Shown: piece by piece, positions 19,905-30,433 of the stretch
How positions within the stretch are numbered: position 1 is the first letter of the stretch
How the letters are laid out: every line of letters starts with the position of its first letter
NCBI GenBank assembly: GCA_002299475.1
Contig: DBNY01000020.1
Coordinates: 1-41,301 of the forward strand
Source of the DNA: Bacillales bacterium UBA660
GTDB taxonomy: Bacteria; Bacillota_I; Bacilli_A; RF39; UBA660
DNA: 41,301 nt
Direction of reading: 5' to 3'
Notes under the pieces: generated by a model
Database searches by the model: none
What the model was told of the DNA's origin: nothing
The model's input: only the letters and a program-made list of their open reading frames with translations
Program-made: the position numbers and the translations under genes

Positions 19905-21860
19905 CTATTGTTCGCTCTTTAATTCAAATAATATGTCTCTAAGTTCCATTGCTCTTTCAAAATCTAAATTATAAGCGGCATTTTTCATTTCTTCTTCTAC
20001 TTTAATTATCAATTGTTTTCTTTCTTTATCAGTTATTTTAGTAATATCCTCTTTCTTATTTTCTAATTTATTTGATATTAATTCTCTTATTTCTTTAGTT
20101 ATTGTTTTAGGTACAATATTATTTATTTTATTATATTGTTCTTGTATTTGCCTTCTTCTTGATGTTTCGGTTATGGCCATATTCATACTTTTAGTTATTT
20201 TATTGGCATACATAATTACGTGCCCATTAACATTTCTTGCACACCTACCTATAATTTGAATTAAACTACGTTCGCTTCTCAAAAAACCTTCCTTATCGGC
20301 ATCCAAAATAGCAATTAAACTAACCTCTGGTATATCTAGGCCTTCTCTTAATAAATTAATACCAACTAAAACATCGTATTTTCCTATTCTTAAATCTCTT
20401 ATTATTTTTAATCTTTCTAATGTTTTTATTTCATTATGAAGATAACTGACCTTAATATCAATATCCTTTAAATAATTACTTAATTCTTCAGCCATTCTTA
20501 TTGTAAGCGTCGTAACAAGAGTTCGTTCATTTTTCTTAATGCGCATTCTTATTTCATTAATTAAATCATCTATTTGGTTTTCGGTTTTTCTTACTTCAAC
20601 CAATGGGTCTACTAACCATGTAGGCCTTATTATTTGTTCAACTACTTCGTTATTTACTTTAGTTAACTCATAATCACCTGGTGTTGCCGATACATATATT
20701 ACTTGATTAATTTTGTTTTCAAATTCATCAAATTTTAATGGGCGATTATCAAGAGCGCTTGGAAGACGAAACCCATAATTAACTAGAACTTCTTTTCTTG
20801 CTCTGTCCCCATTATACATACCCCTAATTTGGGGAATTGCCACATGCGATTCATCAATTATAAGCAACATTTTTTTAGTAAAAAAGTCCATTAAAGTGGT
20901 TGGCGTCTCCCCTTTTTCTCTTAGTGCTAAATGCCTAGAATAATTTTCGATACCACTACATGCTCCAGTCTCAGATAACATTTCTATATCATAATTGGTT
21001 CTTTGTTCTAACCTTTGTGCCTCTAACAACTTATTATCAGCTCTCAATATTGATAATTGATTACTTAATTCTTTTTTTATTCTTTCAATTGCCTTCAATA
21101 ATTTTTCGTCACTAGTTGTAAAATGGCTAGCTGGAAAAATGCTAATTACTTTTTTATCATTTAGGACTTTGCCTGTTAAAGTATCTATTTCACTAATGCG
21201 TTCTATTTCATCACCAAAAAATTCAATCCTTATACCCTGCGTTCTTTGATAAGTAGGAATAACTTCAATTAAGTCTCCTCTTACTCTAAATGTTCCTCTT
21301 TTAAAATCAATATCATTTCGTTCATAAAACATTTCTACTAACTTTTTTAGAATTTTTTCTCGTTCAATTACATCACCAACTTGAACAGTTAACATTTTGT
21401 TTTTGTATTCTTCTACCTCACCCATTCCATATATGCAAGATACAGATGCAACAACAATAACATCATCCCTACTAAGAAGCGATGATGTTGCTTTATGTCT
21501 TAATTCATCTATTTCATCATTAATAGATGAATCTTTTTCTATATATGTATCTGTTCTTGGAACATATGCTTCTGGTTGATAGTAATCATAATAAGAAACA
21601 AAATATTCAACTCTATTTTCTTTAAATAATTCTTTTAACTCCGCATATAACTGACCAGCTAATGTTTTATTATGAACCATTACCAAAGTAGGCAGTTTAG
21701 TTTCATTTATAACATTAGCAATAGTATATGTTTTACCTGTGCCTGTTGCACCTAGTAAAACTTGATGCTTTTTATTCTTATTAATGCCTTCAACTAATTG
21801 TTTAATAGCTTTAGGTTGATCACCACTTGGAAAATAATTTGATGTTAATTTAAATTCCAT
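19905..21860 (-). CDS. uvrB: Excinuclease ABC subunit B
   Basis: [12 protein letters not shown] and a C-terminal UVR domain (FERAMELRD). I prefer the start ATG 21860 ([16 protein letters not shown]), which follows GGTGATG. Confidence 0.96.
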   Translation of the reverse strand: MEFKLTSNYFPSGDQPKAIKQLVEGINKNKKHQVLLGATGTGKTYTIANVINETKLPTLVMVHNKTLAGQLYAELKELFKENRVEYFVSYYDYYQPEAYVPRTDTYIEKDSSINDEIDELRHKATSSLLSRDDVIVVASVSCIYGMGEVEEYKNKMLTVQVGDVIEREKILKKLVEMFYERNDIDFKRGTFRVRGDLIEVIPTYQRTQGIRIEFFGDEIERISEIDTLTGKVLNDKKVISIFPASHFTTSDEKLLKAIERIKKELSNQLSILRADNKLLEAQRLEQRTNYDIEMLSETGACSGIENYSRHLALREKGETPTTLMDFFTKKMLLIIDESHVAIPQIRGMYNGDRARKEVLVNYGFRLPSALDNRPLKFDEFENKINQVIYVSATPGDYELTKVNNEVVEQIIRPTWLVDPLVEVRKTENQIDDLINEIRMRIKKNERTLVTTLTIRMAEELSNYLKDIDIKVSYLHNEIKTLERLKIIRDLRIGKYDVLVGINLLREGLDIPEVSLIAILDADKEGFLRSERSLIQIIGRCARNVNGHVIMYANKITKSMNMAITETSRRRQIQEQYNKINNIVPKTITKEIRELISNKLENKKEDITKITDKERKQLIIKVEEEMKNAAYNLDFERAMELRDILFELKSEQ

Positions 21861-21912
21861 ACTCATCACCATATATATTTTATCATAGAAAAGCTTTTTT
21901 TAACTAACCTTT

Positions 21913-23133
21913 TTATCTGCTAGACCAATTGGTGCCTAATGCTGGAAATTGAATTAAATTACGAGGGTTTATTGATCTACTAGTATAATTATTCCAACCA
22001 CTATAACCGTGTGGAGGCGGGCCTAAATAATGACCCGTTGATATCTGAAAATGCAAATGGGTTCCTGTAGTGCATTGATCATATCCACCTCTTGCTCTAG
22101 AAGTAGACCCTCCACCCATAGTAGCAATAATAGTATTCCTATTTACAATGTCACCAACTTTAGCATTAATTGCTAATAAATGAGCATATGTAGTTGTATA
22201 GGGCACTCCATTAATCATGTGATGAATTATAACCATATTGCCACCACACCTTTGACGTAACAGCGTTGCAGCAACACGCCCATTAGCCGCCGAATATATC
22301 GGGCTACCCTCACCTTGAGAACTAACCATATCAATTCCATAATGGAAACCTCTTATTAAATTACCACTTAAATAAAATTCTCTAAACCCAAAATTAGAGG
22401 ATACTCTACCTGAAATTACTGGTCTTACAAACCTAGTATCAAGTGGAACTCTAGCACAAACACTAATTTGATCGTGTCTTCTACAGCCTAAAACCTCATA
22501 TGATTTTATTAAATCAGATATTGCTTTTATTTCAGCATCAATATCTACACTAGTGTGACTTAAATCACCTAATACTTCATTTAAATCACTTAACTTTGAG
22601 GATAAACCCCTTCTTTGATTTGCTAATCTTTTTTCTTTTTCTCTTAAAGCTTTCTTTTTATTTTCATTTTCAACAATCATATTATGCATCTCTTTTAATA
22701 AATCATTATTATGACTAGTAAGTTGCTCTACTACTGAAATGCGATAAATAAAATCAGTCATGCTTTTTGCTCCAAAAGCATACTCTAAATATTCAGATTC
22801 GCCTTTAGATATTTGTAAAAATCTAATTGTTTCTTTTATTTCATTATTCTTTTCTTCTATTTCAATATTAAGTTGATCTATTTCCTCCTGAGCTTTCATC
22901 ATCTCTTCGTAAGCTTTTTCTATTGCTAATGATGTATTAATAATTTCATTTCTTGTTCTATTTATCTGAGTAGTTGTTTGATTTCTCTTATTAATATTGT
23001 CTTGTTTTTGTTCCTTTAATCTATTTAATTCAATATATATATCATTTAATGTTTTGGCATCTATTCTTTTAATGGGAATAGCAAAAGGAATTAGTAAACA
23101 AATAATTAATACAATATACAAAACTTTTTTCAT
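21913..23133 (-). CDS. Secreted coiled-coil + M23 (LytM) peptidoglycan hydrolase, FtsEX-associated (EnvC/PcsB-analogous)
   Basis: Signal peptide, ~200 aa of heptad-rich coiled coil, then an M23 domain with intact HYGIDM (HxxxD) and THLHFQI (HxH). It has an ATGA overlap with the ftsX stop. Confidence 0.8.
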   Translation of the reverse strand: MKKVLYIVLIICLLIPFAIPIKRIDAKTLNDIYIELNRLKEQKQDNINKRNQTTTQINRTRNEIINTSLAIEKAYEEMMKAQEEIDQLNIEIEEKNNEIKETIRFLQISKGESEYLEYAFGAKSMTDFIYRISVVEQLTSHNNDLLKEMHNMIVENENKKKALREKEKRLANQRRGLSSKLSDLNEVLGDLSHTSVDIDAEIKAISDLIKSYEVLGCRRHDQISVCARVPLDTRFVRPVISGRVSSNFGFREFYLSGNLIRGFHYGIDMVSSQGEGSPIYSAANGRVAATLLRQRCGGNMVIIHHMINGVPYTTTYAHLLAINAKVGDIVNRNTIIATMGGGSTSRARGGYDQCTTGTHLHFQISTGHYLGPPPHGYSGWNNYTSRSINPRNLIQFPALGTNWSSR

Positions 23134-24050
23134 ATTTTCAGGTGCTTTCTAACTGCGCTAGCACTTCCCCACATGCCAATAAACATTCCCATGCCAATTA
23201 ATATTAAAGATATTTGAAAAATAAATGGTTCTGGTTTAACTAATTGAATAAATGGTGAAAAGAATATGCCACCAAATTGTTCAAAAAGAGAATAATAACC
23301 ATATATAGTTATAATAATTGGGATTATAGACCCTAAAAAGCCTAAAAATAAACCTTCTATAATATAAGGCATTTTAATTGTAATATTAGATGCCCCAACC
23401 AAACGCATTATATCAATTTCTCTTTTACGTGAAAAAATAGTTATTTTTATAGTATTTGTTATTAAAAAGAAGGTAACTATTACTAAGCCTAAAATTAGAC
23501 CTATCATAATCTTTTCTATTATGTTAAAGACCACAAGCAATTGTTCTATCATTCCCTCTCCATATTTAACAACGCTAACATTGTCTAGTTTTGATATTTC
23601 ATCAGCTGTAATCTTTATATTTTCAATATCTAACACCTTAATTAAGAAAGCATCTTGTAAAGGGTTCTCTTTTTCATCCCACTCCGTCATTATCTTATTC
23701 AACACTTCAGATGATTCTTGCATTAATTGTTTAGCCTCTTCTTTCGACTGAAATTCATAGCTATCAACATTCACAATTAATCTAATTTGTGTTTCTACAT
23801 CATTAATTTCTTCTTGAGTTATATCTTTATCTAAAAATACTACCATCGTAACATCTTGTTTAATTAATTTAGTAAAGTTATCAACATTATATGAGGCGAT
23901 CATAGATACAGCGACAACAGTAAGAGTTATAGTAATGCACGAAATAGATGCAAAACTTAAATTTAAATTTCTTATTAAACTTCTTGCAGCATCTCTAATA
24001 CTTAATCCAAACATCCTAACTAGCTTCATTATCATAGGTTCCTTTCTCAT
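23130..24050 (-). CDS. ftsX: Cell-division ABC transporter permease-like protein FtsX
   Basis: A TM helix, a large extracellular loop and three TM helices, immediately downstream of ftsE. The real start is probably ATG 24035 or 24029 (SD AAGGAA), within the overlap with ftsE. Confidence 0.88.
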   Translation of the reverse strand: MRKEPMIMKLVRMFGLSIRDAARSLIRNLNLSFASISCITITLTVVAVSMIASYNVDNFTKLIKQDVTMVVFLDKDITQEEINDVETQIRLIVNVDSYEFQSKEEAKQLMQESSEVLNKIMTEWDEKENPLQDAFLIKVLDIENIKITADEISKLDNVSVVKYGEGMIEQLLVVFNIIEKIMIGLILGLVIVTFFLITNTIKITIFSRKREIDIMRLVGASNITIKMPYIIEGLFLGFLGSIIPIIITIYGYYSLFEQFGGIFFSPFIQLVKPEPFIFQISLILIGMGMFIGMWGSASAVRKHLKI

Positions 24051-24711
24051 AATCTTTTACTAATCTTCCAGAATCTAATACAATTACTCTTTTCTGCAAT
24101 CTATCTACTATCTCTTTATCATGAGTGGCCATTATTATAGTAGTACCTAAGTTGTTAATATCACATAATACATTCATTATTTCCATACTTGTTTTTGGGT
24201 CAAGATTTCCCGTTGGCTCGTCACATATAAGTAATTTAGGGTCATTTACAATAGCGCGCGCAATAGAAACTCTTTGTTGTTCTCCTCCTGATAATTGGTC
24301 TGGATAATATTTAGCTTTGTTTTTTAAATTAACTAATTCTAGTGCATGAAATACTTTTTTTCTTATTTCTTGTTTTGTTTCACCCAATACTTCTAAGGCA
24401 AAAGCTACATTTTCATATACAGTTGCTTTCGGTAATAATTTAACGTCTTGAAAAACAATTCCTAGTTTTCTTCTTAATTTATATACTTTTCTATTAACTA
24501 ATTTAGCAACATTAATACCGCCAACAATAATCTCTCCCCTTGTTGGTTTTTCTTCTCTATATAACATTTTTATTAATGTGGATTTCCCACTACCACTACT
24601 ACCTATAAGAAAAACAAAATCACCTTTTTTAATTTTTAAATCTAAATCTTGTATTGCACATACACCATTTTTATATATTTTAGTAACGTTATTTATTCTT
24701 ATTAACTCCAT
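24016..24711 (-). CDS. ftsE: Cell-division ATP-binding protein FtsE
   Basis: Walker [10 protein letters not shown], signature LSGGEQQRV and Walker [13 protein letters not shown]. 231 aa. Confidence 0.93.
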   Translation of the reverse strand: MELIRINNVTKIYKNGVCAIQDLDLKIKKGDFVFLIGSSGSGKSTLIKMLYREEKPTRGEIIVGGINVAKLVNRKVYKLRRKLGIVFQDVKLLPKATVYENVAFALEVLGETKQEIRKKVFHALELVNLKNKAKYYPDQLSGGEQQRVSIARAIVNDPKLLICDEPTGNLDPKTSMEIMNVLCDINNLGTTIIMATHDKEIVDRLQKRVIVLDSGRLVKDYEKGTYDNEAS

Positions 24712-24778
24712 TATTTATACCACCTTACTAACTTTTAGTATATCATCATTGTTATTTAATTGCTTTGGAATAATCTGG

Positions 24779-25880
24779 CTATTCTTTACAATGCTTTAAG
24801 TGCTTTTCAATAAAATCATCAATATGCCCATCCATAACCTTATTAACATTACTTGTACTATAATCAGTTCGATGATCTTTTACCATTGCATATGGATGCA
24901 TAATGTAACTTCTAATTTGAGATCCAAATTCAATTTTCATTTGTTTACCTTTAATATTATTCATTTGTTCTTTCTGTTTCTCCAACCCTAATTGATATAA
25001 CTTACTCTTAAGTATTTTGTATGCCATTTCCTTATTTTTTATTTGACTTCTTTCCTTTTGACAGGTAATTATTATCTTCGTTGGAATATGAGTAATCCTT
25101 ACGGCGCTGTCGGTTGTATTTACACTTTGACCACCCGAACCGCCGCTTCTATAAACATCAATTTTTATATCTATATCTTTAATTTCTATATCTATATCAT
25201 TTGCCATTTCCGGAAATATATCAACTGATGCAAATGAAGTGTGCCTTTTGCTATTAGCATCAAAAGGAGATATTCTCACTAAACGATGAACTCCTTTTTC
25301 ATTTTTTAAATAGCCATATGCAAATTCACCTTTGACTAACAAGTAAACACTTTTTAGACCAACTGTATCTCCTGGCTGATAATCTATTTCTTCAACTTTA
25401 TAATCATTATTTTCACACCATCTTGTATACATGCGATATAACATGTTCGCCCAATCACAAGCCTCAGTTCCGCCGGCTCCAGCATGTATCTCTAATATAG
25501 CATTATTTACATCATATGGCTGATTTAATAATAATTTTATTTCTAACTTCTCTACTTCTATCTCAAGTATTTTAACTTCGTCTTCTATCATTTTTAATAT
25601 AGATGAATCATCCTCTGTTAAAACAATCTGTAAAATTTCTAAATTACTCGTAATATTTTTGTTTGTTTTTTCTATTGCATCAATTGTATTTTTTATTTTA
25701 TGATGTTCTTTAATAATTTCATTTGCCACTTCTTTGTCATTCCAAAAAGATACATCACTTATTTTCTCACTTAATTGATACGCTTTTTCATTCTGTTTTT
25801 CTATGTCAAAGAGACCTCCCTAATTCATCTACACGAATATTTAATTTATTCAATATTCTAATTAATTCCTTTATATCCAT
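24779..25880 (-). CDS. prfB: Peptide chain release factor 2, requiring a programmed +1 frameshift
   Basis: Frame 0 runs from ATG 25880: MDIKELIRILNKLNIRVDELGRSL, then TGA (25808-25806). After a +1 shift it continues DIEKQNEKAYQLSEKISDVSFWNDKEVANEII..., joining the 316-aa track ORF. The SPF (RISPFD) and GGQ (SGGSGGQ) motifs are present. Confidence 0.93.
25805..25821 (-). promoter_or_regulatory. prfB: RF2 autoregulatory +1 frameshift site
   Basis: The minus strand reads AGGGAGG TCT CTT TGA C. This is an internal SD-like element 3 nt before the slippery CTT-TGA-C, the canonical prfB recoding signal. Confidence 0.9.
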
Positions 25881-25944
25881 GCTATCCCTCTTTCATATTT
25901 AGATTATTGTTATTATAACATTTATACCATTATTATTCCACATT

Positions 25945-25969
25945 AAAACTCTAGATTATCTAGAGTTTT
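25945..25969 (-). terminator. Perfect 11-bp hairpin 6 nt after the secA stop
   Basis: AAAACTCTAGA-TTA-TCTAGAGTTTT. It is symmetric, so it has a T-run on either strand. Confidence 0.65.
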
Positions 25970-25974
25970 ACACA

Positions 25975-28461
25975 TTACTTTCCACAACAGTGTTTAAATT
26001 TTTTTTCACTCCCACAAGGACACATTTCATTACGTCCTACTTTTTCAACCCTTCTGCTTTTTTTAATTCCCTCTTCTTGATGATTAGCACTACCTTTTAT
26101 TACTTCCTTTCGTTCAATATTCTGTTTTATTTCCGCCTTTAATAAATAAATACTTGTATCTTTATCAATTTTTTGTAACATCATATCAAACAATTCAAAG
26201 CCTTCTGAAGTGTATGCTCGCAGCGGGTTCTCTTGGGCATATCCACGCAAATGAATTCCCTCTCTTAAATGTGCCATTGTATTAATGTGTTCCATCCAAT
26301 AAGTATCAATCACTCTCAAACTTATTGCTTTCTCAAATTCATCTCTTATTTCTAGTGGAATATCTTCTAATTTAGCAAGATATTCCTTCAAAACCTCATC
26401 ATTAATTATCTTAATTACCATTTCTGGACTTTTATTTAATATATCTTCTAAGTTAATTTTGGTTTTCTTAAGCAGATTTTCATTAGCTGCTTCAATTATC
26501 TCACTATAGTCATTCAAAGTTAATTTTTCTTCAACCACATGGCTTACTACTAAATCATTAATATAGTTATATATAGTTTTATGTACAGTTTCATGAATTG
26601 ATTTGCTATCTAATATCTCATTTCTTTTTTCATAAATAATTTCACGTTGTGTATTCATTACATCATCATATTCTAGTAGTTGTTTACGAATATCAAAGTT
26701 ATTACCCTCAACTCTTTTTTGAGCTGATTCTAAAGCATTACTAAAAAGTTTGCTCCTAATTGCTTGATCTTCTTTAAATCCTAGGGATTTCATTAATTTT
26801 TTAATGCGGTCTGAACCAAACCTAACCATTAACTCATCTTCTAGCGAAACGTAGAATTGAGAAAATCCAGGATCTCCTTGTCTTCCAGAACGCCCTCTTA
26901 ACTGATTATCAATTCTTCTTGATTCATGTCGCTCAGTGCCCATTACACATAGACCACCTATTTCTTTTATACCGGTTCCAAGTTTAATATCAGTGCCTCG
27001 TCCTGCCATATTAGTAGCTATTGTAATAGCTCCTTTTTGCCCAGCTTTAGCAATAATTTCTGCCTCGCGCGCATGATTTTTAGCATTTAGAATTTCATGT
27101 TTTATTTTTTTATTCACTAGTTTTCTACTTATTAATTCACTTACTTCTATCGCTATGGTACCAACTAAAATTGGTTGCCCCTCTTTATTTCTTTCTTCTA
27201 TTTCCTTAATAATTGCACTATATTTTCCCTCTTGTGTCGAAAACATTAAATCACTTACATCATTACGCACTATTTCTTTATTAGTAGGTACTGATATAAC
27301 ATACATATTATAAATATTTCTAAATTCTTCTTCTTCTGTTTTAGCAGTGCCGGTCATTCCCGCAAGTTTGCTATACATTCTAAATAAATTTTGCAATGTT
27401 ATTGTAGCAAGTGTTTTAGTCTCTTGTTGTATTTTAACGCCCTCTTTGGCCTCTATTGCTTGATGCAATCCTTCACTAAAAGCCCTGCCTTGCATTAAAC
27501 GCCCTGTAAATTGGTCTACTATGATAATTTCACCATTTTGAACAACATAATCAACATCTATTCTCATTGAATAATTTGCTCTTAAAGCTTGGTTTATGTG
27601 GTGGACTAATGCACTATGATTTATATCATATAAATTGTTAATATTAAAAGCTTTTTCACACTTCCTAGAACCTTCATCAGTTAAATTAACACCTTTAGTT
27701 TTTTCATCATAAATATAATCATCATTTTCTTTTAAATTTTTAACAAAATTATCTGCTTGAATATATAAATTATTACTCTGCATTACTCCGCCCGAAATAA
27801 TAAGTGGAGTCCTCGCCTCATCTATTAATATAGAATCCACTTCATCAATAATAGCAAAGTTTAACTTTCTTTGTACCCTTTCTTCTTTTCTAATAACCAT
27901 ATTATCTCTTAAGTAATCAAAACCAAGTTCATTACTAGTCGTATATAATATGTCACTATTATACGCTTGTTGTTTTTCACTATTGCTTAAACTTCTTAAA
28001 TTTAACCCCACTGTCAAACCAAGCAAACGATAAATATTCCCCATCCATTCTGAATCACGATTAGCAAGATATTCATTTACTGTTATTATATGTACACCAT
28101 TGCCAGTCAACGCATTAAGATAGGCCGGCATTATGGCAGTTAATGTTTTACCTTCTCCTGTTTTCATTTCAGCAATATTGCCATAATGAATAGCAAGAGC
28201 TCCTAATATTTGTACATAAAAGGCAGTTTCTCCAATGACTCTTCTTGCCGCTTCCCGCGCAACAGAAAAAACCTCCACGATTATTTCATCTAAGGAAGTA
28301 CCATTTTCTAAACGTTTTTTAAACTCGTTTGTTTTTTCTCTTAATTCAGCATCCGTTAACCTAGTCATATCGTCTTTTAATAATTCTATTTGATTAGCTA
28401 TTTTTCTAAATTTATTTAATTCTCTATATTCGTGATCTAATAAACTCTTTAAAAATTTCAT
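25975..28461 (-). CDS. secA: Preprotein translocase ATPase SecA
   Basis: MKTGEGKTL, DEVDSILIDEARTPLIISG and a C-terminal zinc motif CPCGSEKKFKHCCG. I prefer the start ATG 28461 (MKFLKSLLD), which follows AGGAGG. Confidence 0.97.
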   Translation of the reverse strand: MKFLKSLLDHEYRELNKFRKIANQIELLKDDMTRLTDAELREKTNEFKKRLENGTSLDEIIVEVFSVAREAARRVIGETAFYVQILGALAIHYGNIAEMKTGEGKTLTAIMPAYLNALTGNGVHIITVNEYLANRDSEWMGNIYRLLGLTVGLNLRSLSNSEKQQAYNSDILYTTSNELGFDYLRDNMVIRKEERVQRKLNFAIIDEVDSILIDEARTPLIISGGVMQSNNLYIQADNFVKNLKENDDYIYDEKTKGVNLTDEGSRKCEKAFNINNLYDINHSALVHHINQALRANYSMRIDVDYVVQNGEIIIVDQFTGRLMQGRAFSEGLHQAIEAKEGVKIQQETKTLATITLQNLFRMYSKLAGMTGTAKTEEEEFRNIYNMYVISVPTNKEIVRNDVSDLMFSTQEGKYSAIIKEIEERNKEGQPILVGTIAIEVSELISRKLVNKKIKHEILNAKNHAREAEIIAKAGQKGAITIATNMAGRGTDIKLGTGIKEIGGLCVMGTERHESRRIDNQLRGRSGRQGDPGFSQFYVSLEDELMVRFGSDRIKKLMKSLGFKEDQAIRSKLFSNALESAQKRVEGNNFDIRKQLLEYDDVMNTQREIIYEKRNEILDSKSIHETVHKTIYNYINDLVVSHVVEEKLTLNDYSEIIEAANENLLKKTKINLEDILNKSPEMVIKIINDEVLKEYLAKLEDIPLEIRDEFEKAISLRVIDTYWMEHINTMAHLREGIHLRGYAQENPLRAYTSEGFELFDMMLQKIDKDTSIYLLKAEIKQNIERKEVIKGSANHQEEGIKKSRRVEKVGRNEMCPCGSEKKFKHCCGK

Positions 28462-28526
28462 AATAATCCTCCTGTAACATTTATAACTATCAGTCAAGCA
28501 ATTTATATCGGCAAATAAATTTTTAG

Positions 28527-29051
28527 TTAACTTTCAATAACCCCATAATTGCCGTCTTTTCTCTTGTATAAAACACAAATAGAATTAGTATCTCTATCCT
28601 TAAATATAAAGAAATCGTGACCTATTAAATTCATTTCCAAAATAGCTTCTTCCTCATCCATAGGTTTCATTTCTATTTTTTTCCTTTTTACAACAGCACA
28701 TTTTTCTTTATTTTTATCATCTTCAATCACACTAAAATCAATAAGTTGATCTTTCGATAATTTCGACAATAATCTAGTCTTATTTTTTCTAATTTGTCCT
28801 TCTAATTTTTCCACAACTAAATCTATAGCAGCATATAAATCATTATGTGTTTCTTCTGCTCGTAATAACATATTTTTTATAGGAATAGTAACTTCTATTA
28901 TTTTTTCATAACCTCGCGTTTTAACCACAACGCGCCCATTAATATCACTAGAATTTTTTATATACTTATCTAGTCGTGACAACTTGGAAAGAATATATTC
29001 CTTCATTGCTTGAGTAATTACTATTTTATCTCCATGAATATTATATTGCAT
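28527..29051 (-). CDS. hpf: Ribosome hibernation-promoting factor (long form)
   Basis: 174 aa with an N-terminal sigma-54-modulation/RaiA fold and a C-terminal dimerisation domain (PMDEEEAILEMNLIGHDFFIFKD). It lies upstream of secA, as in Bacillus (yvyD). Confidence 0.88.
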   Translation of the reverse strand: MQYNIHGDKIVITQAMKEYILSKLSRLDKYIKNSSDINGRVVVKTRGYEKIIEVTIPIKNMLLRAEETHNDLYAAIDLVVEKLEGQIRKNKTRLLSKLSKDQLIDFSVIEDDKNKEKCAVVKRKKIEMKPMDEEEAILEMNLIGHDFFIFKDRDTNSICVLYKRKDGNYGVIES

Positions 29052-29175
29052 TGTGTATCACCATCCTTAATATAAGTATATCACAAAGTAATAAAAAAAC
29101 AATTATAAGGCTTATTTTGATTTTAATTAATTATAGAGAAATCAATCATATGTCACACTATTTATTTATCTTTCA

Positions 29176-29202
29176 AATAGAAAAACTACCTAAGCGGTAG
29201 TT
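29176..29202 (-). terminator. Intrinsic terminator overlapping the csp stop codon
   Basis: The minus strand reads AACTACC-GCTTA-GGTAGTT followed by TTTCTATTT. The TAG stop (29192-29190) straddles the loop/stem junction. Confidence 0.65.
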
Positions 29203-29411
29203 ATAGCTGGCGTTTTTACTTCTTTAACATTTACTGCTTGCAATCCTTTATCGGTTTCAATTAAATCAAATTCAACAATCTGACCTTCTGATAGCGACTT
29301 ATAACCTTCCTGGTTAATGGTAGAATAATGGATAAAAATGTCTTCTTCTTTCATGTAGTCAATAAAGCCATAACCCTTTTCATTATTGAACCATTTTACT
29401 CGACTAATCAA
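29190..29411 (-). CDS. Cold-shock protein (CspA family)
   Basis: [13 protein letters not shown] (RNP1) and IFIHYS (RNP2-like). The track ORF begins at TTG 29432, but GGTGAGGTG lies inside it. TTG 29411, 6 nt after that SD, gives MISRVKWFN. No ATG is available. Confidence 0.85.
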   Translation of the reverse strand: MISRVKWFNNEKGYGFIDYMKEEDIFIHYSTINQEGYKSLSEGQIVEFDLIETDKGLQAVNVKEVKTPAITTA

Positions 29412-29601
29412 TACTAGCACCTCACCTTTCAATAAAATATCTACATTACTAATATAAAATATAACTTGTTTTTTTTCAATTAAATATCATCAACAATTTT
29501 CGATATAAATTTACATTATATTCTACATTTTTGGGATATGCTTCCTGTAGCCCACAAATATGTTATCAAAAAAATATTATACTTTTTTTGATACTCACAC
29601 A

Positions 29602-29631
29602 AATGGTAAAATATATTGCGTTAATGGTCTT
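29602..29631 (+). promoter_or_regulatory. Candidate LytTR (AgrA-like) binding repeats
   Basis: AATGGTAAA (29602-29610) and AATGGTCTT (29623-29631) start exactly 21 bp apart (9-bp repeat plus 12-bp spacer). They lie upstream of a TATAAT with a poor -35. Chance matches are common in AT-rich DNA. Confidence 0.25.
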
Positions 29632-29647
29632 AATATCTAGAAATTTT

Positions 29648-29676
29648 ATTGTGGTCATCATTTTAAGTATTATAAT
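29648..29676 (+). promoter_or_regulatory. Candidate activator-dependent agrBD promoter
   Basis: A perfect TATAAT lies at 29671-29676, with only ATTGTG at the -35 position. A second candidate is the extended -10 TGaTATAAT at 29717-29725. I cannot choose between them from sequence alone. Confidence 0.3.
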
Positions 29677-29756
29677 TGACAATTAATATTAGATTAATTT
29701 AGCACTATACCTCAAATGATATAATTCAATTACATTAAAGACGAGGAAGTATTCTA

Positions 29757-30377
29757 ATGATAAAACAAATATTCATGCAAAAAGCAATGGCTTTAATAAA
29801 ACAACACTATTCTGATTATGAGAATATCAAATTAGAAAAGATATATTATGGTTTAGAGGGCGCTTATCTTACCATATCTAAACTATTAATTATTCTTGTA
29901 TTAGCTTATTTTTTAAATATACTTGAAGAGACATTACTGTTATTATTTTTTTTTAATATCATCAGATTGCCAGCATTTGGAATGCACGCTTCTAAGAGTT
30001 GGATTTGTCTCGTTATTTCTTCCCTTTGGTTTTTAGGCGTTCCATTATTATTAAGCTATATTGAGTTGTCTAATAGTTCGCAAATAATAATATGTCTGCT
30101 TTGTACAATAATATTTTATTTATATGCCCCTGCTGATACCGAGAAAAGACCACTAATAAATATAATTAAAAGACGAAATCTTAAAATTATATCCGTCTCA
30201 ATAACTATAGTCCTTTCTATATTGGCTATTAATATAGATAACATATATATATCTAATATGATTATAGCAGCCATTATAATTGAAAGTATTATGATTATGC
30301 CAATAACATATAAATTGTTTAACCAAGAATATAACAATTATAGAAAATATGTTCTAAAGCCGATATCAATTAATTAA
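29757..30377 (+). CDS. agrB: AgrB-type accessory gene regulator B (AgrD-processing membrane peptidase)
   Basis: 206 aa, polytopic. YYGLEGAYLTISK...RLPAFGMHASKSWIC places His and Cys 7 residues apart, like the catalytic H77/C84 of S. aureus AgrB. Confidence 0.85.
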   Translation: MIKQIFMQKAMALIKQHYSDYENIKLEKIYYGLEGAYLTISKLLIILVLAYFLNILEETLLLLFFFNIIRLPAFGMHASKSWICLVISSLWFLGVPLLLSYIELSNSSQIIICLLCTIIFYLYAPADTEKRPLINIIKRRNLKIISVSITIVLSILAINIDNIYISNMIIAAIIIESIMIMPITYKLFNQEYNNYRKYVLKPISIN

Positions 30378-30433
30378 ATATGGCTATAAATATGTATATA
30401 TATTTAAGCAATTTTGAGCAAGGAGGTGCGATT

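Noticed and set aside
25141-25205. A tandem-looking repeat, atatctatatc / tttctatatctatatc.
   Set aside because: It lies inside prfB and simply encodes the acidic DIDIEIKDIDIKID stretch. It is not a CRISPR or satellite repeat.
29676-29681. A perfect TTGACA upstream of agrB.
   Set aside because: The hexamer 17 nt downstream is TTAGCA, not a credible -10. It also overlaps the better TATAAT candidate, so it is probably coincidental.
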